A stretch of 64,000 bases of DNA from assembly GCA_963736125.1 (NCBI GenBank), contig CAVTNQ010000005.1:64218-128217 (forward strand), written 5' to 3'. Position numbers and translations under genes: made by a program. Origin of the DNA: Candidatus Latescibacterota bacterium. Its GTDB lineage: Bacteria; Krumholzibacteriota; Krumholzibacteriia; WVZY01; JAKEHA01. How positions within the stretch are numbered: the stretch's first letter is position 1; the number at the start of each line of letters is the position of its first letter. A model generated the notes under the pieces. It searched no databases. It was given only the letters and a program-made list of their open reading frames with translations, and was not told the origin of the DNA. Positions 8,739 to 17,000 of the stretch are shown one piece after another.

Positions 8739-11700
8739 CTACGGACTCCGGGGCGCGGCCGGCGCCGGCGCTTCGTCGGCGAGCGCGCGGAAGTACATGC
8801 GAATGAGGTCTTCGAACTCGCCCGGTGCTTTGAGCTGCATCGCGCGCTGGATCTCGTCGCGCAGGGTTTGCGCGTCGGCGCCTTCGGGGCGGCGTCCCAG
8901 GCTCTTCGAGAATACGTCCTCGGCCGAGACACTCTCGCGGCGCTTCTCGTAGTCGCGCGTGTTGACGGAGCGATCGGCGTCGAGCAGCCGGCTCAAGATG
9001 CGCTGTTCCTTGTTGACCAAGTCCTCGTCGACCTGTCCGCGGTTGAGCGCGTCGACCACGGCCTCCATGTCCTCGATGGTGCGATCGAGCTTGCCCAGCG
9101 TCTCGCGATTGTTGCCCTTGGACGACTCTTGGATCTGCTTCGCGATGTCTTGCAGAGATCGCTGCTGACCGGCCAAGCGGTCGAGCTGCGCCTGCCGCTG
9201 CTGGCGCAGCGCCTCTTCGGTCATCTGCATCTGCATCATGGACTGCGTCTCGCGCAGCACGTCCTGCTGCTGCGGGATCATTTGCTGCAGCATCTGCTGC
9301 GCCTGCGATCCGCCGCCTTGTCCCTGCTGGCAGTTCTGCGAACTCCGCAGCATTTCGATGGTGGCTTCGTTCAGCGATTCGACCGCGTTGTGCGCGTGCG
9401 TCGTCGACATGTACGGCTTGTCTTGCTCGAGGAACATCATCGAGCTTTGCATGCGATCGATCGCTTCGCCCAGCGATTGCAGTAACGCCGGCGACACCGT
9501 GAGCGAAAGGCTCGCGATCTTGTTGATCTCGTTGGCGACTTTCTCCGTCGCCTGCAAGTAGCTCAGCTGCTCGGTCGAAATGTTCTGGAAGCTCTGCGTG
9601 TCGTCCCCGCTATTGGAGTCCTTGAGCTCGCCCGCCAGCGATTCCTGACGATGCGACAACTCGAGCGTCTGCTTGGCGAACTTCTGGAAGTTCTGCGCCA
9701 TCTTCTGGCCTTGGCTCTGCGACGACATCTGCTGCGCCTTGGTGGCGCGCTTGAACAGACTCACCATCTTGTCCATGGCCTGCTGCTGCTGCTGCATGGC
9801 TTGCTGCTTCTGTTGCTGCTGCAAATTCTTCGAGGCCTGCTCCATGTTCTGCTGCGGGCCGTCCTTGGACATCTCTTCCGACATTTGCTGGAGCTCTTGC
9901 TTGGCGCCGACGTCGTCCATCTGCTCCGTCATGTCCTTCGCGTTCTTCTCCATCTCCGCCGCTTGCTTGGCCAGCTCTTCCTGCTGCTTGGCCAGGTCGC
10001 TCAGCTTCTCGCTTTCCTTCTCGTTCGCTTCGCCGGTCTTGTCGTTGAGCTCGCCCTGCTTCTCCATGAGGTCCTGGGTCTGCCGCACCAGCTCTTCCAT
10101 GCGCTGTTCCTTCTGGAGTTCTTTGAGCAGGCTGGCCGTGCGTTCGAGACGCTCGAGCATTTCCTGGGTATTCATCTTCATGTTCTCGAGCGCCTGGCGA
10201 ATCTCGTCCGGGCTCATCTTCTCCATCGCCTTTTTCAGATTCTCCATGTACTTGTTCAACTCGTCGGAGTTGATCTCGTCCATGAGCTTGCGAATCTCTT
10301 CCAGCTTCTGGCCGATTTGCTGCGACGTCATCTCGTTGTCCGACAGTTCGCGCAACGTCTTGTCGAGCGACTCCTTCACCTCGCCCAGCTTCTGCTCGAC
10401 CGCCTTCTGCGTCTCGGCCGCCTTATCGAGTTCCTTCTTCTGCGACCAATCCATTTTCTCGGTCTTGGTGTACTCGCGCTGGAGCTTCTCGAGTTGCTCG
10501 CTCAACTTGCGGCTGTCCTCGATGGCGCTGTTCATGGTCTCGGCGCGCGCCGACTCTTGCTCGCGCGCGGTGTCGTAGATCTCGGCGATGGTCGGGACGG
10601 TGAGGCGGAACACTTGGCTGCGCGCGACACCCGGCCCGGTCACGGTATTGTTGTCCGCCACTTCGACGAAGTACTCCACCGAGTTGCCGGGGAACAATTG
10701 CACCGACGACAAGTCCCAGCGATGCGCGACCGCGATCTCGCGCTTGTTGCGCTGGTCGGCCAGCGGGAGGTTCTGTACCTTGAACGATTCGTCGCCGACC
10801 TTGCGCCATTGCAGCGCCGCGCGCGCGAGCCCGTAGTCGTCGGCGGCCACGAAGCCGAGGTCGACGATTTGACCGCGCGGCATCGGAACGTCGGCGCCCG
10901 GATCCAACACGTCCACGGTGGGCGGGCGATCCTGAAATACTTCGACCGTGTAGGTGAGCGGGTCGCGCGTCGCGAAGCCGAGCGAATCCTCCAGCAGCAC
11001 GCGGTAGTGCCCGTCGGCGAGCGCCGCGAAGTCGAACGCGATGTCGCGGCCGGTGAACGGCACCGTCTGCTTGGGCTTGTCGTCGAACTGGACCCAGGCG
11101 GCGCGCAGCGCGTTGTTGCTGCGCGCTTCGACCTTCACTTGCGTGCCCTCGAGCGCCTGAATGTTGCCGGCACTTTGGTCGAGGGTGGTTTGCGGTTCAC
11201 CGGTGTACGCGGGCGGTGTCAGCGTCACGCGCACCTCGGTCAAGATGGGTTCGTGCACCACCGTGATGGTGTAGGTCGGGCTGGTGTAGTCGCCGACGTG
11301 GAAGCGATACGACGTCGTGTTGCGAATGTCGTGGAACGTATAGTCGTAGCGATCGAAGGCGGCGTCGCCGAACGTAACACCGGGCGTGCGCGCCGTCGCT
11401 TCGCTCTTCCAGAAATCGTTCGACAGATTGAAGGCGACTTCGACCGGCAAATCGGTGCGGCCGAGGTCGAGCCCGCTCACGGTGACGTTGGAGCCCGCCA
11501 GCACGGTGGTGTTGCCGGGCTGCGCATAGATGTTGGGACGGTGCGGGAGCGCGGCGACCTCTTCGGGCACGAAGATGCGACGGCCGGCTTCGGTCACGAT
11601 GGAGGGCTTGAACAGCGCGATCCCCATCAGCACGACCAGGCCCGCGAGTGCCAGCGGTGCCAGCGCCACGTCGCGGCGATTCAGGAAGATCGAGCGCACC

Positions 11701-12113
11701 TGCAAACCCGAGAGCTGCTCGACTGCTTGCCGGATGACTTCCTTGACGAGGTCGGGCGAATACTTCTGCGACGCGGCGTCGTTCTGGCTGAACTCGAAGC
11801 CCGCGCGCACCATCTCCTGCAAGTCTTTGCGGCGTTCGATCTCGGCCGCGAGCTGATTCAGGCGCGGCATGCGCGCGATCGGCCACACGACGAAATAGCC
11901 GAACAAGATGACCGCGATGCCGATGGTCGTGCGCGCGATCCACGTCGCCGCGGCGAGGCTGGGCGCGTGCACCGCCGCGGTCCACAAGACCACCGCGAGC
12001 AATACCCACGACAACGCGGCCAGGAACGACAGCATGCCCGACGCGGCATGCAGTGCGGCCGTGCGCAGCAAAATCGATCGAAGATATCCGCGCAGTGTGT
12101 CGTGCCCGCTCAT
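8739..12113 (-). CDS. large membrane/coiled-coil protein, DUF4175-like (1124 aa)
   Basis: It has N-terminal TM helices and Ig-like beta-rich segments. A long Gln/Glu/Lys-rich coiled coil includes QQQQKQQAMQQQQQAMDKM. It sits between the DUF4159 gene and the TPR gene. Confidence 0.75.
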   Translation of the reverse strand: MSGHDTLRGYLRSILLRTAALHAASGMLSFLAALSWVLLAVVLWTAAVHAPSLAAATWIARTTIGIAVILFGYFVVWPIARMPRLNQLAAEIERRKDLQEMVRAGFEFSQNDAASQKYSPDLVKEVIRQAVEQLSGLQVRSIFLNRRDVALAPLALAGLVVLMGIALFKPSIVTEAGRRIFVPEEVAALPHRPNIYAQPGNTTVLAGSNVTVSGLDLGRTDLPVEVAFNLSNDFWKSEATARTPGVTFGDAAFDRYDYTFHDIRNTTSYRFHVGDYTSPTYTITVVHEPILTEVRVTLTPPAYTGEPQTTLDQSAGNIQALEGTQVKVEARSNNALRAAWVQFDDKPKQTVPFTGRDIAFDFAALADGHYRVLLEDSLGFATRDPLTYTVEVFQDRPPTVDVLDPGADVPMPRGQIVDLGFVAADDYGLARAALQWRKVGDESFKVQNLPLADQRNKREIAVAHRWDLSSVQLFPGNSVEYFVEVADNNTVTGPGVARSQVFRLTVPTIAEIYDTAREQESARAETMNSAIEDSRKLSEQLEKLQREYTKTEKMDWSQKKELDKAAETQKAVEQKLGEVKESLDKTLRELSDNEMTSQQIGQKLEEIRKLMDEINSDELNKYMENLKKAMEKMSPDEIRQALENMKMNTQEMLERLERTASLLKELQKEQRMEELVRQTQDLMEKQGELNDKTGEANEKESEKLSDLAKQQEELAKQAAEMEKNAKDMTEQMDDVGAKQELQQMSEEMSKDGPQQNMEQASKNLQQQQKQQAMQQQQQAMDKMVSLFKRATKAQQMSSQSQGQKMAQNFQKFAKQTLELSHRQESLAGELKDSNSGDDTQSFQNISTEQLSYLQATEKVANEINKIASLSLTVSPALLQSLGEAIDRMQSSMMFLEQDKPYMSTTHAHNAVESLNEATIEMLRSSQNCQQGQGGGSQAQQMLQQMIPQQQDVLRETQSMMQMQMTEEALRQQRQAQLDRLAGQQRSLQDIAKQIQESSKGNNRETLGKLDRTIEDMEAVVDALNRGQVDEDLVNKEQRILSRLLDADRSVNTRDYEKRRESVSAEDVFSKSLGRRPEGADAQTLRDEIQRAMQLKAPGEFEDLIRMYFRALADEAPAPAAPRSP

Positions 12114-12123
12114 CGCGTTACCT

Positions 12124-12864
12124 CTACATCATCACGTTCTGCGTGATGGCGTACATGAGGACGTTGACCGCCATCTTCATGGCTTGCTCGCGCTTCTCGG
12201 GCGGGTCGTGGTGGACCTCCGGATCCGCGAGGCCGTCGCCGATGTCGGATTCGTAGACATAGTAGATCACCAGACGGTCGTCGACCGTGACCCCGAAGCC
12301 CTGCGGAGCCTTCTTGTCGTGCTCGTGGATCTTCGGAAGTCCGGGGAGATCGTAGAAGCTGTGATAGATCGGATGGTCGTTGGGAAGTTCATCGAAGGCC
12401 TGCTCCGGGAACAATTCGCGCACCATCGCGCGCACCGACTGGTCGAAGCCGTAGCTGTCGTTAATGAACAAGAAGCCGCCGTCCTCGAGGTACGCGCGCA
12501 ATATTTCGCGCTCTTCGTCCGAGAGTTTGATGGTGCCGTGCCCGGTCATGTAGAGAAACGGATACGCGCGTAGATTCTCGTCCGTGATGGCGATGACCTT
12601 CTCGGTCTTGACGGTGCGGACACCCGTGCGCAGCTCGAAGCCTTCGAGCAAATTGGGAATCGACGAGGGGTTATTGTACCAGTCGCCGCCGCCCCCGTAC
12701 TTGACCCGCGCGACGCGAACTCCGTACTCCTCGGCGGGGTCGCCCTTGGTCGCTTGTGCGTACCCCAGGCGCGGCACGATCGCGGCGCCGATCAGCACCG
12801 CTGTTACGCCCCAGCCCGCCCGTGTGCTTCGAAGTCCCATTCGCATGAGATAACTCGCTGTCAT
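12124..12864 (-). CDS. DUF4159-family secreted protein
   Basis: The hallmark VKYGGGGDWYNNPSSIPNLL motif is present, and the signal peptide is MRMGLRSTRAGWGVTAVLIGAAIVPRLGYAQA. The likely true start is the ATG at 12846 or 12840, because a TATAAT -10 sits at 12867-12872. Confidence 0.7.
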   Translation of the reverse strand: MTASYLMRMGLRSTRAGWGVTAVLIGAAIVPRLGYAQATKGDPAEEYGVRVARVKYGGGGDWYNNPSSIPNLLEGFELRTGVRTVKTEKVIAITDENLRAYPFLYMTGHGTIKLSDEEREILRAYLEDGGFLFINDSYGFDQSVRAMVRELFPEQAFDELPNDHPIYHSFYDLPGLPKIHEHDKKAPQGFGVTVDDRLVIYYVYESDIGDGLADPEVHHDPPEKREQAMKMAVNVLMYAITQNVMM

Positions 12865-12884
12865 CCATTATAGTTAACTCGCTG
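12851..12884. repeat. 10-bp direct repeat TAACTCGCTG x2 (12851-12860 and 12875-12884) flanking the -10 hexamer of the operon promoter
   Basis: Two exact 10-mer copies lie 24 bp apart. On the minus strand they read CAGCGAGTTA and bracket TATAAT. Confidence 0.5.
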
Positions 12885-12895
12885 GGCGAAAGCAA
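12867..12895 (-). promoter_or_regulatory. sigma70-like promoter for the DUF4159-DUF4175-TPR-DUF456-SGNH operon
   Basis: On the minus strand the sequence reads TTGCTT, a 17-nt spacer, then TATAAT. The -10 is a perfect consensus. Confidence 0.5.
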
Positions 12896-13055
12896 AGGCC
12901 AGAGCCCCGCGAAGGCCGTCCGCGAGCGACGTACTCAATAATGACTTGCACGTTGCGTGCCCCCGGCGCGCTGACTAGTATTCAAACGCCGGAAGGCCGG
13001 CACGGGTGCCTGAAATTCTCCGGAATCACCCTCCCCGATCGAGACTATACGGCAA

Positions 13056-14068
13056 TGATGAGAAACAGTTGGCTCATATTCGGGTTGTGCCTCGCGCTCA
13101 TCGAGGGGTGCAGCATGGGTCGCGATACCGAGCTCCTCGGTGAACCCGAGCCCGCGCAGCCCGATTCCTACGTCGAAGCCGAACCCGATCAGCCGGTCGC
13201 CGATCAAGACATGCGACAGCCCGGGACGCCCGCGGACTCGCTCGCGATGTTCGACGACCTTCGCTTCTACGGCGGCTGGTACGACCTCTATCCCTACGGC
13301 CTGGTGTGGCGACCGGTGGTTACTTCCGATTGGTCGCCGATGACGCGCGGCCAGTGGGTGTGGTCCTCATACGGTTGGATGTGGATCTCGTACGACCCGT
13401 TCGGCTCGGACGTTTACTACTACGGCTACTGGGTCTACGACTTTGCGCTCGGATGGGTGTGGGTGCCGGGGTACGTGTGGGCTGCCGCGCAGTGCGAATG
13501 GACCTACTGGGACGACACGGTGTGCTGGGCGCCGCTCCCGCCTCCCGGATATCAGTATCAGGACCCGTGGGAACAAGGCGACATCAATCCGTGGATCGCT
13601 GTCCCCGTCGCCAAGTTCAAGGCGACCGATGTCGGACGCTACCGCACGGAAGCGAGATACAAGTCGGGAACGCCCGAACGCTCGCTGCACCGAACGGCAC
13701 CCGACATCAGCGTGATCGAGCGCGGAACGGGCCGGATGGTCAAGCCGATCGACGTTCGTATCGATCACTCGACAATCGGCGGCCGCGACTTCACGCGCGT
13801 CGTGCTGCCGTCGGATCAACAAGAGATCGTCGACGATCGTCGCGCCGAGGCACGTCACAAGACGCCCCCGCCCGCGCCGGGCGTTTCGCCGCCGCCGGGC
13901 TCCGGTGATTCCGGCAACTCGGGTTCGAATGTCGACGACTCGAAGTCGAAGCAGAAGTCTTCGCCGCCAGCCGCGAAGAAGGAATCTCCACCCAAGTTCA
14001 AAGAGAAGGCGAAAGAAGACAAGTCGAAGGACGGAGAGAAGAAGGACGGCGGCACGTCGAAGGGCTAA
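13056..14068 (+). CDS. lipoprotein with a Trp/Tyr/Gly-rich aromatic core and a Lys-rich C-terminal tail
   Basis: MMRNSWLIFGLCLALIEGC is a lipoprotein signal with lipobox. The core is aromatic-rich (GWYDLYPYGLVWRP, WVWSSYGWMWISYDPFG, YYYGYWVYDFALGWVWVPGYVW). The tail is SKSKQKSSPPAAKKESPPKFKEKAKEDKSKDGEKKDGG. Its TAA stop overlaps the TAG stop of the convergent kinase gene. Confidence 0.65.
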
Positions 14069-17000
14069 GCTTTTCGAAGTAGCAGCGCCGCTTCGACGCC
14101 GCCTTTGACGTTCTCGATGGTGACGTCGCCGCCCATTTCACGCGAGAGTGTGCGACAGATCGCCAGCCCCAAGCCCGTCCCCGTCGTCTTGGTGGAGAAG
14201 TAAGGCTCGAAGAGTCGGCGCGCGACGACTTCGTCCTTCAAGCCCGGCCCGGTGTCGCGGAAGCTGATGCGAATCGCCGGCGCGTCTTCGTGCTTCGTCT
14301 CCGAACAACGCACGCGCAGCTCACCGCCTTTTTGCCCCATCGCTTCCATCGCGTTCTCGATCAGATTCGCGCAGATTTTTCGTACGGCTTCGCCGTCGGC
14401 CATCACTTTCGCGTCCGACGCCCCGTTTTCGTAGACCACGCGAATCCCCGACGCATTGTGCTCGTACGGCTCGACGATGCGTCGCACCAGCGGGTCGACC
14501 GCCTGCGCTTTGACGTGGAGCTGCTGCATGCGCCCGTACGACGAAAACTCACTCGCGATCCGCTTCAAGACGTCGACCTGGTGCAGGATGGTCTCGGTGC
14601 CTTCCTTGAACACGCGCTCGAAGTCGGCCGGCTTTTGTTCGTAGGCGCGGCGCATGAATTGTGTCGAGATGCGGATCGGTGTGAGCGGATTCTTGATCTC
14701 GTGCGCGATCTGTCGCGCCATCTCGACCCACGCCGACAGCTTCTTGGATTGAATCAGCTCGGTGACGTCTTCGAACACGAGCACGGTGCCGAAATAGCGG
14801 CCTTCCGTTTCGAGACGCGCGCGCATGAACTTGACGGTCGCGGTCTTGCCCTCGCGATCGATTTCGACTTCGCCGGAGTCGAACGCCGCCACCGCCTCGT
14901 CGCGGAGAAGTGCGAACAGCGGTGAGCGCAGGGCGAGTTCTGCAGCCGGCTGATCCGCCGCCCGCTCGGCGGATACTCCCGTGATGCGCTCGGCCGCCGC
15001 GTTGACGGTGCGCACGCGCCCGCTCGCGTCGGTGCTGGCCACACCGGCGCCGATGTTGGCGAGGATGGCTTCCAGATAGCGACGCCGTTCTTCGAGCGCG
15101 CGCTGCGATGCGTCGATGCGCTCGGTCATTTCGTTGAAGGCACTCGCCACCATGCCGATCTCGTCGGAGCCCTTCTCGCGCAAGCGCACGTTGAAATCGC
15201 CGCGGCTGATGCGACGGGTGCCCGCCACCAATTCGCGCAGCGGTTCGAACACGCCGCGCGCCACTACCAACCCGAGCGCGATGGTCGCCGCGAGCAACAA
15301 TGCGAACACGCCCAGCACCACCGAGGTTGCGCGCTGGATCTCCATTGAATAGGACTCGGGTCGGAAGAGCAACGGCACCGCGAGCGCGGCGCGCGTCGGG
15401 GCCTTCTCCCACGTGGCGGACGCGGCCGCATCGCCCACCCCGCTCGCCCAACGATCGAGCGGCAGATACGCGACCTGGAAGTCGTAGCTGCCCGCGCGCT
15501 CGGTGACGAGTGCGCGATCGGATCCAAGCAGAGATACTTCGACGAAAGCGTCGGAGTTCATCGACGCGGAAATGAATCCGCCCGCCAGCAACCCCTGGCG
15601 GCTCGAGGCAATCAGGGCTCCGTCGGCGTACACGTTGACATCGGCTCCCACTTGCTCCGCGATCTCGGAGAGCAACGACTCGTCGATGGCGCGCGCGTAA
15701 TAGAAGTAGTAGCTCCCGCGCCAGCCGTTGCCCGTCACGCGCAGGGGCGCGCTGAAAACGCCCAAGTAGTCGACGCCGTCGACGCGCGCCACCATCAAGT
15801 CCTCGGACGACGCGTCCTCGATCGCCCCAGCCACAGCGAGATTGGGTGCTTTGTCGGCGACACCCGCGTCGTCGAGCAAGACCGCGACGCGACCGCCGCC
15901 CAAGTTGCGAACCGACGGCGAACCCGGCAACAAGAGCGCATCGACGTCGGAGCGCTCCAAGAAGAATTGCAGTTCGCCGTGGAGCAGATTGACCAAGGCC
16001 TTCCGCGCGCTGAACGCCTTCACCGTCGCTTCGTCGCGATTCTCTTCGACGAAACGCTCCTTGATGAAATTGACCGAGAACAGCCCGAGGATCACCGCGG
16101 GGACCAACGCCACGAGCAAGAACGACGCGAGCAACTTCTGCTGAAAGCCGAGACGTCGTCCCGGTGTCAAGGTCGGCAGCGCGTCGCGCAAGCGCGGGAC
16201 GGCGCCGAGCGACACCACGGCCACGAGAATCACGAGTGTAAAGAAGAGGTACAGCGACAAGAGCGTCGACCATCGCAGCAAGTGTCGCGGCGGCGACGGC
16301 ACCGCGAAGCCCGCGAGGAGCGTCTGCTGCCGGTCGGATGTCGGGAGTGCCACGATGCGGTACGAGCGCGAGCCCGAGCGCAAAATGGGCCACGCTTGCG
16401 CCACGGCGCGCGAGAGGATTTCTTCGGGGACGCGACTGCCGACCGCGAGTCGCTCCGACGACGACTCGGTCACGCGGCGGTCGCGCCCGACGCGCGCGAG
16501 CAACAATGCTTCCGGCTCTTCGACGCGCGGTGCGACACTTCCCTCCTGCACGTTGCGCAGCACTTCGGGCGTGCGCGGGCCCGTACGCGCCGCCAGCTCC
16601 AGACTCTCGAAGAAGAACGGGACGTCGACGATCACCTTGCCCAAGATGCGAGGGACGTCGGAGTTTTCGTAGAGGTCGCTCTCGTCGACATTCAAGACGC
16701 CCCGGTAAAAGCGCACTTCGCCCTGCGGAGTCGAACGCGTGAGATCCAGCACCGCCCACTCGTTGCGATCGGGCGTGTCGGTGCGCTCACCGCCCTCGTC
16801 GATGCGCACGCGGTACGGCATGTCGACGGAGAATTCGCTGATGGCGCTGTCGGCCGGCGTCACGACGTGAATGGCACAGCTGTAACCGAGGAGGCTCAGC
16901 GGGCTGTCGGCCCACAAGTCGAAGGCGAGGCGCTCGACGCCCGGAGAGCTGCGCATGCGCAGCGCCTGACGAATCTCGTGGCGCTTCGAATAGTCGCCCA

